The position numbers and the translations under genes were made by a program. Below, in pieces: positions 19,992 to 29,793 of a DNA stretch of 64,000 bases; positions within the stretch are counted from its first letter, which is position 1, and every line of letters begins with the position of its first letter. This DNA comes from Candidatus Latescibacterota bacterium (lineage in GTDB: Bacteria > Latescibacterota > UBA2968 > UBA8231), in NCBI GenBank assembly GCA_965221775.1, contig CBDCSU010000006.1:128001-192000 (forward strand). The letters run 5' to 3'. The notes below the pieces were generated by a model. It did not search any database. It was not told where the DNA came from and saw nothing but the letters and a program-made list of their open reading frames with translations.

Positions 19992-20690
19992 TCAGTCGCG
20001 GGAGCCCTGCTCCAACTCGCTGATCTGGTCGCGGAGGCGGGCCGCCTCCTCGTAGGCCTCCTCGGCCACCAGGCGGTCGAGCTGCGCCTTGAGGCTGTCG
20101 AGCTCGGTGGGCTCCTCCACCGGGGCGGCCTCGGGGGCCGCGGCGGCGCCGCCGTCGAGGGCCTGCGAGGCCGGGGCCGGCTCTTCTTCCTCCTCCGGCT
20201 CCTCCCCCGGGGCCGCCGGCGCCGCGCCGGAGAGCTCTTCGAGCTCGTCGATGTTGAGCACGCTCAACTGCCGGCCCGCCTCTTCCATCACCTCGGGGCT
20301 CATGTAGATGGGGATGCCCATGAGGGTGGTCAGGATCATGCCGTCGCTCGGGCGGCAGTCGAGGTAGAACACCTCGTCCTGGGTCTGGATCAGCAGGTAG
20401 GCGTGGAAGGTCTCGTCCTTCAGGGTGTGGATCACCAGCTGGTGGACCTTGCCCTTGACCTTCTCCAGCAGGTTCTGCAGCAGGTTGTGGGTCAGGGGGC
20501 GGGGGAAGGAGACGTCCTGCATGGCCATCACCAGGTAGCGGCCCTCGGGACAGCCGATGGAGATGGGGACGAAGCGGCTCTCCTCACCCTTGAGCACGAC
20601 GATGAGGCTCTCGGGCGGCGTCACGTCGGGCACCGAGTAGATGCGCCAGATGCGAACGGGGATGAGGTGATCGTTCTTGGTTTTCTTCAT
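19992..20690 (-). CDS. Bifunctional nuclease (DUF151) with C-terminal UVR domain
   Basis: PISIG, PRPLTHNL, DCRPSD; EEAYEEAARLRDQI. Confidence 0.88.
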   Translation of the reverse strand: MKKTKNDHLIPVRIWRIYSVPDVTPPESLIVVLKGEESRFVPISIGCPEGRYLVMAMQDVSFPRPLTHNLLQNLLEKVKGKVHQLVIHTLKDETFHAYLLIQTQDEVFYLDCRPSDGMILTTLMGIPIYMSPEVMEEAGRQLSVLNIDELEELSGAAPAAPGEEPEEEEEPAPASQALDGGAAAAPEAAPVEEPTELDSLKAQLDRLVAEEAYEEAARLRDQISELEQGSRD

Positions 20691-20773
20691 CGGAAGGAGC
20701 GCGGCGTCACCGCCGCGACGGCACCAAATATACCCGCTCGATAGGCAGAATCAAGCACGACGAGGACCGCCGA

Positions 20774-21490
20774 TCACATCAGTCCACGCTCCTTGAGACT
20801 GAGGAAATCGCTTTCGCTGAGGATGATGTGATCGAGGATGTCGATGCCCATGATGCCCCCGGCCTCGACCATTCGCCGGGTGAGCTCGACGTCCTCCTTG
20901 CTCGGCGTCACGTCGCCCGATGGATGGTTGTGGGCGAGGATGATGCTCGCCGCCGCCCGGGTCACCGCCACCTGGAAGACCTCGCGGGGATGGACGATCG
21001 ACGCCGACAGGGAGCCTATGGAGATCAGCTCCTTGTGGACCACCTGGTTGCGGGCGTTGAGATAGAGACAGAGGAAGTGCTCGCGCCGCTGGTCCTTCAG
21101 CTCGGTGAGCAGCGGCAGGGTGTCGGCCGGGCAGGAGACGATGGGCTGCACCCCCAGCCCCTTGTGCAGGCCCCGCCGGGCCAGCTCGAAGCCGGCCACC
21201 AGGACCCCCGCCTTGACCCGGCCGATGCCCTTGAGCCGGCACAGCTGTCCGGCCTCCATGGCGACGAGCTCCTCGACGCCGTGGCGGTCGCAGATGGTGC
21301 GCGCCACCTCGAGCACGTTCTGGCCCCGGTAGCCGGTGCCGAGGACCACCGCCAGCAGCTCGTGGTCGCGCAGGCCCTCCGGCCCGAAGCGGTTGAGGCG
21401 CTCCCGCGGCAGGTCCTCGGGATGCCCGGCGTCCCCGTCGCCGCCGTCGCCGGGCGCCCGGCCCGGATCGTTCGCGTACAGCTCTGACAT
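20774..21490 (-). CDS. radC: RadC / JAB-domain protein
   Basis: PRERL...LRDHELLA, VHPREVF, AHNHPSGDVTPSKED, DHII. Confidence 0.92.
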   Translation of the reverse strand: MSELYANDPGRAPGDGGDGDAGHPEDLPRERLNRFGPEGLRDHELLAVVLGTGYRGQNVLEVARTICDRHGVEELVAMEAGQLCRLKGIGRVKAGVLVAGFELARRGLHKGLGVQPIVSCPADTLPLLTELKDQRREHFLCLYLNARNQVVHKELISIGSLSASIVHPREVFQVAVTRAAASIILAHNHPSGDVTPSKEDVELTRRMVEAGGIMGIDILDHIILSESDFLSLKERGLM

Positions 21491-21661
21491 CGGTCCCCCC
21501 CTGGGCGCATGAGTACGTGCACGGTAGCACACGGCCGTGTGTGCCGAGGCACACGCCGGAGGGCGGCTTCCCCCTGTTCCGGCCTGCCCCGAGCCACACT
21601 GCATGCACAGGGCGTGCCACCGCCGGCCGGAGCCACGGGGGCGGGCCTATATTCCCTCCCC

Positions 21662-24319
21662 ATGACCTTCCCGCCCTCTCTCTCGCGCCGGCTCGGGGGG
21701 CCCTGGCCGCGGGCCGTCCTGTCGGGCGTCCTGCTGGCCCTCGCCTTCCCTTGTCACCCGGAGAACGCGGCCTCCCTCGCCTACGGTCCGGCCTGGGCCT
21801 GGATCGCCCTGGCGCCGCTGCTTCACCTCCTCGCCGGGAAGCCGCGCCCGGCCGAGGCCTTCCGGCTGGGGTGGACGGCGGGCTTCGTCTTCTACCTCCT
21901 GAGTCTCTACTGGGTCGCCCACACCCGGGGCGGCGGTCCGGCCGTGGTCGGGGGCACCGGGCTGATGGCCGTCTACCTGGCCGTCTTCACGGGGCTCTTC
22001 GCCATGGGGCAGGCGAGCCTGTGCCGCCGCCATGGCCCCCGGGCGCTGCTCGCCGCACCGGTCCTGTGGACGGCGATGGAATACCTGCAGTCGGTGGGCG
22101 AGCTCGGCTTCCCCTGGCTGCTGCTCGGCCACAGCCAGGCCCCGTGGCCCGCCGTCGTCCAGTACGCCGAGCACACCGGCGTCTTCGGCGTCTCCTTCGC
22201 CGCGGCCCTGGCGGGGGCCCTGCTGGCCCTGGCCCTGTCCTCCGGGGGCCGGGACCGCTCGCGCGCCGTGATCGCCGCCGCCGCCGTGCCCGCCCTGGCC
22301 GCCCTGCACGGGGTCTTCGTCCTCGGCCCCGCCGACGGGACGGGCCTGCGGGTCGCCGTCGTGCAGAACAACCTCGGCCTGGAGAAGTGGCGGCCGGGGG
22401 GGCTCGAGGCCAGCTTCGCCTCCCTCGACTCCCTCAGCCGCCGGGCCGAGGCGCCCGGGCTGATCGTCTGGCCGGAGACGGCCCTGCCCTGCAACCTCGA
22501 CCGCCGCGCCGACTGCCGCCGGCGGATGCACGACCTGGCCGCCGCCCTCGAGGCGCCGATCCTCACCGGCGCCCCCGGCACCGAGCCGGCCACCGGCGAG
22601 CCCCTCAACGCCGCCTTCCTGTTCTCCCCCGGGCGGGAGGAGGTGCCGGCGTACGCCAAGATGCACCTGGTGCCTTTCGGGGAGCGCACGCCCCTGCGCG
22701 ACCGCCTGCCGCTGGTGCGCAACATCGACTGGTCGGCGCTGACGGGAGACCTGGCGCCGGCGGAGTTCGCCCGCGGGCGCAGCCGCACCCTGTTCACCGC
22801 GGGACCGGACTCGTCGCGCTTCGCCCTCCTCATCTGCTTCGAGTCGGTCTTCCCCGACTTCGTGCGCCAGTCGGTGCGGGAGGGCGCCGACTTCCTCGTC
22901 AACATCACCAACGACTCGTGGTTCGGGCCCACCGCCGGGCCCTATCAGCACGCCGAGCTGGCCGTTCTGCGGGCCGTGGAGAACCGCGTCGCCATCGCCC
23001 GCTGCGCCACCAGCGGCGTCTCCCTCTTCATCGACCGCTACGGGCGCACGCGCCAGCGCACGGAGCTCGGCACCGTGGACGTGCGCACCGAGGTCGTGGG
23101 CACCCGGCGCTCGCCGACGGTGTACACCCGGTTCGGCGACTGGTTCGCCGTGACGAACCTGCTCCTCGCCGCTGTGCTCGTGGCCGGGGCCTGGTGGACC
23201 GGCCGTCGGCCCGGGAGTGCAGGCGCCGGGAGAGATCCCGCCGGGCCGGCGGCGGAGGGGGGGCCCGGCGAGCCGGCGGAAGCACCGCTCGGGACGCCAG
23301 GGGGCGAGGGAGGAACGGTGGCGCCAGGGGAACCCGGGAGCCCGGTGGCGGCCGCGGCCGTTGCACCCGAAGTGGCGGAGGGCCTTGGCGAGGCCGGTCC
23401 CGGTCCGGCGGGGGAGGCGAAGGAAGCGCCGGACCGGCGCCCCGGCGAGGGGGAGATGCCCTTCCTCGATCATCTGGAGGAGCTGCGCTGGCGCATCCTC
23501 AAGGCCCTGGCAGCCGTGCTCGCCGGCACCTGCCTCTGCTTCCTCTTCGTGGAGCCCCTCCTCGGCCTGCTCGTGCAGCCCTACGAGGAGGCCGTCCTCA
23601 GCCTGAAGGAACAGGGCTCGCCGGGGGTGGTGGAGGCGATCCGGGGGTGGCTGACGGAGCTGCGCGGCGTCGAGGTGGAAGAGCCGCCCATCGAGACCGC
23701 CACCGAGCCCGCCGTGCCGTACGGAAGCCAGCTGCAGTCGCTGCGGGTGATGACCTGGTTCTTCGTCTACCTCCAGGTCTCCCTCCTCGGCGGGTTCCTC
23801 CTCGCCCTGCCCGTGGTGTTCTACCAGTTCTGGCGGTTCGTGGCCCCCGGCCTGCTGGACACGGAGAGACGCCTCTTCGTGCCCCTGATGACGATGAGCG
23901 TCGGCTGCTTCGCCGCCGGCGCCGCCGTGGCCCACAGCATCGTGCTGCCCATCGGCCTGAGGTTCTTCCTGAGCCTGGAGCCCAAGGACATGACCTCCCA
24001 GTGGGCGGTGGACGAGTACATCGGCTTCGTGCTGCGCCTCCTCTTCGGCTTCGGCCTCGTCTTCGAGATGCCCGTGGTCAGCCTCTTCCTCGCCCGCCTC
24101 GGGCTGATCACGGCCGACACCCTTCGCCGCGTGCGGCGCTACGCGGTGGTGGGCGTCTTCCTGGTGGCCGCCGTCTTCACCCCGCCCGATCCGCTCTCGC
24201 AGCTGATGATGGCCCTGCCCCTGATGGTCCTCTACGAGATCAGCATCTGGGTGGCGCACCTGGCCGGCCGCAGGGCGGAGGATCCCCCGGACGAGGAGGA
24301 GCCCGGCTCCGACAGCTAG
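21662..24319 (+). CDS. lnt-tatC: Apolipoprotein N-acyltransferase (Lnt) fused in frame to TatC
   Basis: Lnt triad WPET / KMHLVPFGE / ICFES plus NDSWFG and RAVEN; Pro/Gly/Ala/Glu linker; TatC MPFLDHLEELR, FVAPGL, FEMP, TPPDPLSQ, LYEISI. Confidence 0.88.
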   Translation: MTFPPSLSRRLGGPWPRAVLSGVLLALAFPCHPENAASLAYGPAWAWIALAPLLHLLAGKPRPAEAFRLGWTAGFVFYLLSLYWVAHTRGGGPAVVGGTGLMAVYLAVFTGLFAMGQASLCRRHGPRALLAAPVLWTAMEYLQSVGELGFPWLLLGHSQAPWPAVVQYAEHTGVFGVSFAAALAGALLALALSSGGRDRSRAVIAAAAVPALAALHGVFVLGPADGTGLRVAVVQNNLGLEKWRPGGLEASFASLDSLSRRAEAPGLIVWPETALPCNLDRRADCRRRMHDLAAALEAPILTGAPGTEPATGEPLNAAFLFSPGREEVPAYAKMHLVPFGERTPLRDRLPLVRNIDWSALTGDLAPAEFARGRSRTLFTAGPDSSRFALLICFESVFPDFVRQSVREGADFLVNITNDSWFGPTAGPYQHAELAVLRAVENRVAIARCATSGVSLFIDRYGRTRQRTELGTVDVRTEVVGTRRSPTVYTRFGDWFAVTNLLLAAVLVAGAWWTGRRPGSAGAGRDPAGPAAEGGPGEPAEAPLGTPGGEGGTVAPGEPGSPVAAAAVAPEVAEGLGEAGPGPAGEAKEAPDRRPGEGEMPFLDHLEELRWRILKALAAVLAGTCLCFLFVEPLLGLLVQPYEEAVLSLKEQGSPGVVEAIRGWLTELRGVEVEEPPIETATEPAVPYGSQLQSLRVMTWFFVYLQVSLLGGFLLALPVVFYQFWRFVAPGLLDTERRLFVPLMTMSVGCFAAGAAVAHSIVLPIGLRFFLSLEPKDMTSQWAVDEYIGFVLRLLFGFGLVFEMPVVSLFLARLGLITADTLRRVRRYAVVGVFLVAAVFTPPDPLSQLMMALPLMVLYEISIWVAHLAGRRAEDPPDEEEPGSDS

Positions 24320-25474
24320 TGCTCTGTTAAAGAGTGGGCATTGAGTTTTGGACCTTCACCAGCTTCGCATCCGCCTTGTTGCGACGTCTCCAAGCGAGGT
24401 ATTCCTGCATTCGCTGGCCTACGTCCCGATGGTCCTCCGGGTCGCTGTTCTTGATGACGAAGTAGTGGGCGGCCGTCAGATGGCATTCGAGCCGATTCAT
24501 CCAGGAGGCGTTGGTGGCGGTGAAGACGAGGTCGACCTGATGCCGTTGACACCATTGCCGGATCGGTTCGGTCGTGTGCGTCGACAGATTGTCGAGGACG
24601 AGGTAGATCCGTCGGGTTTGGTCGTAGCGGCGCCGGATGGCTTTGAGGAAGGTGAGCACCTCCGAGGCGTGCTTCTTGCGCTTGTGATGCATCCACAACT
24701 CGTCCTCGTGGACGTTGTAGGCGCCGAAGAAGTAGCTGACCCCGGCGTGCCGATGGTAGGTGGCCCGATGGCGCACCGGGCGCTTCTGCGGCGCCCACGA
24801 GGAGCCGGCATGGGGCTTGATCTGCACCGGCCCCATCTCGTCGAAGCAGACTACGACCGAGTCCTTCGGCGCCCGCCGGTAGAGTCGGTCGATTCGTTTT
24901 TTTTAGCGGCGAAGTCCGGATCCTTCGACTCCTTCCAGGTACGAGTCCGCTGGTAGGTGACCTTATGCCGGTCCAGGACCTTGGCGATGGTCACGTGCGA
25001 GACCTTGGGGATCATCTGCCGCCCCACCAGATGGTCCGTCAGCTTGCGCAGCGACCACTGGTTGAAGGGTTGGCCGAAGGCCCGAGGCGGCATGGTGGCG
25101 ATTTCCACGACCACGGACTCGTCTTCCGGGGTCAGCGCCGGGGGGCGTCCCGGATGGGCCCGCGTGCGAAGCGACGCCAGCCCTTCCTCGTTGTATTGAC
25201 GCAGCAGCTGGCGCACGTACTCCTCGTGCAGATGCAGCGTCGTCGACAGCTCCTGCACGCGCATCCCCTGGGCGCTGAAGGAGATCAACTGCCCTCGCCG
25301 CATCTGCACGGCATTGCGAGGCCGCTTCAGCCACCGGCTCAGTTCCTTGGATTCCGCGGCGTTCGGGGCTCGAGCATGGAGACACATGGCGGACCCTCCC
25401 AGGCAAAATGGCCATAGGTCCCCATGATACAACGACTTACGGAAAAGTACAAGCCCCAATCCTTAACGGAGCAC
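24319..25474 (-). mobile_element. IS630-family insertion sequence, apparently intact
   Basis: Terminal inverted repeats GTGCTCTGTTAAAGAGTGGG and GTGCTCCGTTAAGGATTGGG (17/20); TA duplication at 24317-18 and 25475-76. Confidence 0.92.
24327..25387 (-). CDS. IS630 transposase (orfA + orfB joined by a -1 frameshift at A8, 24897-24904)
   Basis: HTH region with WSLRKL and TWKESKDPDF; the -1 frame gives KKKRIDRLY...CFDEMGP...VLDNLSTH...SWMNRLE (DDE). Confidence 0.9.
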
Positions 25475-25626
25475 TAGCCTGCGAGGAGCCTCCGCTCCGG
25501 GGCCAGCCCGGCGCTGGGCTTGCGGGCGGAAGGCCCGTCCACCGCCGAGGGGGTTCCTGTCTCGACGCCCCCAGCGAGGCGCCCGTATATTCCCGCCTTC
25601 CTTCCCGACCCCAAGGAGAGCCCCAC

Positions 25627-26424
25627 ATGGCCAAGGAAACGACGCGCATCGGCCTGATCGGCTACGGTCAGATCGGCTCCGCCGTGCGCGGCATGATCGA
25701 CGCCGACGCCGGCAACGGCATGGAGATCGTCTTCATCCACGACCAGGACCCCTCGCTGCTGCAGGACCTGCCCGAGGGCCTGGCCCTGGAGGACCTGTCG
25801 CGCTTCGAGGAGCGCGGCCCCGACCTGGTGGTGGAGATGGCCCACCCGGCGGTGACCCGGGAGTGGGGGACGAGGATCCTGGAGAAGACGGACTACATGT
25901 TCATCTCGGTGACGGCCCTGGCCGACCGCGAGCTCGAGACGTCCATCGAGGAGGCCACCGCCAAACACGGCACGCGCGCCTTCGTGCCCCACGGCGGCGT
26001 GGTGGGCATGGACGCGCTCCTGGAGAACCGCGACGTGTGGGAGAGCGTCGACGTGATCATGAAGAAGCCGCCGAAGAACGTGGACTGCGCCGCCGTCGGC
26101 CTCGACCCCGACAGCATCACCGAGGAGACCTGCCTCTACGACGGCCCCACGCGCGGCATCTGCCCCAAGTTCCCCCGCAACGTCAACACCCACGCCGCCA
26201 TCGCCTACGCCGGCATCGGCTTCGACCGCACCCACTCGGTGCTGCTGGTCAACCCCGAGTGGGACACGGCCATCGTCGCCATCGAGGCCCGCGGCCCCGG
26301 GCTGGAGCTGAACGTGGAGCGCACCGAGGGGATCACCGGCGTCACCGGCGCCAGCACCCCGGCCTCGATCTACAACACGGTGCAGATGATCGGCTCCACC
26401 GGCCCGGGCATCCACCTGAGATAG
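25627..26424 (+). CDS. L-aspartate dehydrogenase-like oxidoreductase (DUF108 domain)
   Basis: IGLIGYGQIG, VVEMAHP, MKKPP, FPRNVN. Confidence 0.8.
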   Translation: MAKETTRIGLIGYGQIGSAVRGMIDADAGNGMEIVFIHDQDPSLLQDLPEGLALEDLSRFEERGPDLVVEMAHPAVTREWGTRILEKTDYMFISVTALADRELETSIEEATAKHGTRAFVPHGGVVGMDALLENRDVWESVDVIMKKPPKNVDCAAVGLDPDSITEETCLYDGPTRGICPKFPRNVNTHAAIAYAGIGFDRTHSVLLVNPEWDTAIVAIEARGPGLELNVERTEGITGVTGASTPASIYNTVQMIGSTGPGIHLR

Positions 26425-26431
26425 CGGCCCG

Positions 26432-27616
26432 GTGAAACCGTACGCCGCGGCCCCGGCGGGGATCCCCCGCTCCGGCATCCGCGAGATCATGGACCTGGCC
26501 TGGGCGACGCCGGGCGTGATCCACCTGGAGGTGGGCCAGCCCGACTTCGACACGCCGCCCCACGTCGTCGAGGCCGCCTGCCGCGCCGCCCGCGAGGGCC
26601 ACACGCGGTACGTGCCCAACGCCGGGATCGACCCCCTGCGCGCCGCCGCCGCCCGCTGCGTGGAGGGCCGCACGGGCGTTCCCACCACGCCGGAGCACAT
26701 CCTCGTCACCCAGGGCGCCGTCCTCGGCGTCGCCACCGCCTTCCTCTCCCTCCTCGAGCCCGGCGACGAGGTGCTGCTGCCCGACCCGGGGTGGCCGAAC
26801 TACGCCATGGCCGTGCCCCTCTTCCACGGCCGCAACGTGTTCTACGAGCTGCGGCCGGAGCGCCGCTTCCTGCCCGACCCGGAGCATGTGGAGTCGCTCA
26901 TCACGCCGCGCACCAAGCTGCTGCTGCTGTGCAGCCCGTCGAACCCCACGGGGCAGGTCCACGGCGGCGAGCTCACGGCGGAGCTGATGGAGGTCGCCCG
27001 CCGCCACGACCTGTGGGTGCTCTCCGACGAGATCTACTCGGAGATCGTCTTCGACGGGGCCGGTCACGTGAGCTGCGCCAGCCACGACCCGGACGGACGG
27101 GTGATCCTCGTCACCGGCATGTCGAAGAGCTACGCCATGACCGGCTTCCGCGTCGGCTTCACGCGGGCGCGGCCCGACTACGTGGAGATGGCCAGCAAGC
27201 TCCAGGAGCCCCTCGTCTCGTGCGGCGTCGCCTTCGCCCAGATGGCCGCGGTGGAGGCCCTGGAGGGGCCCCAGGACTGCGTGCAGGAGATGCGCGGCGC
27301 CTACCAGCGGAGGCGCGACCTGGCCCTGCGGGTGCTGCGCGACCACGGCCTCTACCGCTACACCCCGGGAGGCGCCTTCTACCTCCTCGTGGACATCTCC
27401 GACTCGGGCATGGCTTCGCGGGACTTCTGCCTGGAGCTGATCGAGCGCCACAAGGTGGCCGCCGCCCCGGGCAGCACCTTCGGCCGGGTGTCCGCCGACC
27501 ACGTGCGCATCTCCATCGCCTCGCCGGAGGAGAACATCCGCGAGGGGTTGACGCGCATCTGCCGCATGGTCCACGAGAAGGCCGGCCGCTCCGCCCCGGC
27601 GGCGGCCGGCGGATGA
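26432..27616 (+). CDS. PLP-dependent aminotransferase class I/II
   Basis: GQPDFDTP, SPSNPTG, SDEIY, SKSYAMTGFRVG. Confidence 0.93.
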   Translation: MKPYAAAPAGIPRSGIREIMDLAWATPGVIHLEVGQPDFDTPPHVVEAACRAAREGHTRYVPNAGIDPLRAAAARCVEGRTGVPTTPEHILVTQGAVLGVATAFLSLLEPGDEVLLPDPGWPNYAMAVPLFHGRNVFYELRPERRFLPDPEHVESLITPRTKLLLLCSPSNPTGQVHGGELTAELMEVARRHDLWVLSDEIYSEIVFDGAGHVSCASHDPDGRVILVTGMSKSYAMTGFRVGFTRARPDYVEMASKLQEPLVSCGVAFAQMAAVEALEGPQDCVQEMRGAYQRRRDLALRVLRDHGLYRYTPGGAFYLLVDISDSGMASRDFCLELIERHKVAAAPGSTFGRVSADHVRISIASPEENIREGLTRICRMVHEKAGRSAPAAAGG

Positions 27617-27626
27617 CGGTTCCCGC

Positions 27627-28718
27627 CTACAGGTAGCGCTCCAGGTCCGGGTCGCCGCCGAGGCGGTCGACGATCTCGCGTACCCGCTGGGCCTGGTCCC
27701 TCCGGCAGACGAGGAGGGCGTCCTCGGTGTCGACGACGACGAGGTCCTCCACCCCCACCAGGGCGATCAGCTTCTCCGCCGCGCCGCGGACGATGAGGTT
27801 GCGCCCGTCGATGGCCAGGACCCGGCCGCTGAGCAGGTGGCCCGCCCCGTCGGCCTCGAGCACGTCCGCCACGGCCGCCCAGCTGCCCACGTCCCCCCAG
27901 TTGAGGTCGCCCTCCAGGGCGGCCACGTGCGCCGCCGGCTCGATGATGGCGTGGTCCACGGCGATGGACGGCATGGCCGGGTACTCGCGCTCCACCGCCG
28001 CCTGCCAGCCGACGGATGGTCCCGGGGCGGCGGCCTCGATGATCGGCTGCAGGCGCTCGTGGATCTCCGGGGCGTGGAGCGCGAACAGGTCGAGGACGGT
28101 GCGCGCCTTCCAGACGAACATGTTGGTGTTCCACAAGTAGCGGCCGCTCTGCGTGTACTCGCGGGCGCGCTCCAGGCCGGGCTTCTCGGTAAACTCGGTC
28201 ACCCGCCAGACCGTCTCCTCCCCCACCCGGCACAGCTCCTCCCCCTTGCCGACGTACCCGAAGCCGGTCTCCGGCCGCGTGGGCCGCACGCCGAGGAGGT
28301 AGAGGTACTCCGGGTGTTCGCCCGCGGCGCTCACCGCCGCCGACAGCAGGCGCCGGAACTTGCCCGGGCGGCCGATGTAGTGGTCGGAGCCGAGGCTGGC
28401 CACCGTGCACCCCGGCCAGCGCGCCTCCAGCAGGGCGCACTCGAGGGCCACCGCCGGCCCCGTGTTGCGCAGGGCGGGCTCGACGATGAGGTGGTCCTCG
28501 GGCAGGGCGGGCAACTGCTCGCGCACCAGCCCCACATGGTCCGGGCCGGTGGAGACGAAGACGTCTGCGGGTCCCGCCATGCGCGCGATGCGCGAGTACG
28601 TCTCCTGCAGCATCGTCGACTCGCCGGCCAGGGCCTGGAACTGCTTCGGCCGTTTCTTGCGGCTGCAGGGCCAGAGGCGGGTGCCGACGCCGCCGGCGCG
28701 GATGACGAACTTCAGCAT
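27627..28718 (-). CDS. manC: Mannose-1-phosphate guanylyltransferase
   Basis: AGGVGTRLWP...PKQF, EPALRNTGPA, PETGFGY, FTEKP, WGDVGSW; start MLKFVIRAGG. Confidence 0.88.
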   Translation of the reverse strand: MLKFVIRAGGVGTRLWPCSRKKRPKQFQALAGESTMLQETYSRIARMAGPADVFVSTGPDHVGLVREQLPALPEDHLIVEPALRNTGPAVALECALLEARWPGCTVASLGSDHYIGRPGKFRRLLSAAVSAAGEHPEYLYLLGVRPTRPETGFGYVGKGEELCRVGEETVWRVTEFTEKPGLERAREYTQSGRYLWNTNMFVWKARTVLDLFALHAPEIHERLQPIIEAAAPGPSVGWQAAVEREYPAMPSIAVDHAIIEPAAHVAALEGDLNWGDVGSWAAVADVLEADGAGHLLSGRVLAIDGRNLIVRGAAEKLIALVGVEDLVVVDTEDALLVCRRDQAQRVREIVDRLGGDPDLERYL

Positions 28719-29677
28719 ACGGGCTCGGCCACCAAGTATTGAAGGGAGGGATCCTGCGGCTGCACCGCGACCCGGCGGTCCGCCGACACCAAGGCCGAGT
28801 CTCCCGCCGCCAGGGACACATCCCCGAGGCGCGCCTCTCCGGCGACGACGGTGACGGCGGCGAAGACCTCCGAGCCCAGGAGCCGCGGTCCCCCGCCGAA
28901 CAGGGTCAGCCGGAAGGAGTCGGCCTCCACCAGGACCTCGCCGTCGGGGCCGGGCGGGGGCGCCGGCCGCGGCTCGGGGGCGTGCGCCTCGAAGTCGATC
29001 ACCTCCATCGCCCGCTCCAGGTGCAGCTCGCGGGGCCTGCCGTCGAGGCCGGGGCGCCCGTAGTCGTGGAGCCGGAAGGTGAGGTCGCTGGCCTGCTGCA
29101 CCTCGTAGACCATCACGCCCCCGCACAGGGCGTGGACGGTGCCCGCCGGCAGCAGCACCACGTCGGCGTCCTCCACCGGCCGGTAGCGGACGGCCTCCTC
29201 GGCGCGGCCGGCGGCCAGGGCCCGCTCCAGGCCTGGGCGGTCGACGCCCTCCTGCAGCCCGAGGACGATCCGCGCCCCCCCGGAGTCCAGCACGTACCAG
29301 GCCTCGGTCTTGCCGAGGGCGCCCAGTCCCTCGCGGCGGGCGTACCCGTCGTCCGGGTGGACCTGGATCGACAAGTCATCGGCGGCGTCGACGAGCTTGA
29401 TCAGCAGGGGGAACTGGTCGCCGTAGCGCGCGCGCACCGGGGCGCCCACGAGGGCCTGTCCGAACTCCTCGGCCAGCCTTGCAAGGCCGCGCCCGGCCAG
29501 CGGCCCCGAGCGCACGACGCTCTCCGCCCCCGGCAGCGCCGAAACCTCGAAGGACTCCCCCACCGGGACGTCCGGCGGCAGGTCCTTGCCGAAGCGCTCG
29601 CCGAGGCGGCGGCCGCCCCACACGGTGCGGCGCAGGTGCGGCTCGAGGGGCAGGATGTCGGGAAGGGATCGGGGCAC
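28712..29677 (-). CDS. manA: Mannose-6-phosphate isomerase class I
   Basis: VWGGRRL, FPLLIKLVDA, LSIQVHP, KTEAWYVL, EVQQASD. Confidence 0.9.
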   Translation of the reverse strand: MPRSLPDILPLEPHLRRTVWGGRRLGERFGKDLPPDVPVGESFEVSALPGAESVVRSGPLAGRGLARLAEEFGQALVGAPVRARYGDQFPLLIKLVDAADDLSIQVHPDDGYARREGLGALGKTEAWYVLDSGGARIVLGLQEGVDRPGLERALAAGRAEEAVRYRPVEDADVVLLPAGTVHALCGGVMVYEVQQASDLTFRLHDYGRPGLDGRPRELHLERAMEVIDFEAHAPEPRPAPPPGPDGEVLVEADSFRLTLFGGGPRLLGSEVFAAVTVVAGEARLGDVSLAAGDSALVSADRRVAVQPQDPSLQYLVAEPVC

Positions 29678-29793
29678 GGGTTCGCTCGCCGGAGAAACTA
29701 CGCCGGCCCTCTCGCGGTGGACAGCAGACTCCGGGGCGGGCTATGCTAAGCGGCTCCATCCACCACGACGCCCCAACCTCCGGAGAGATTCCC

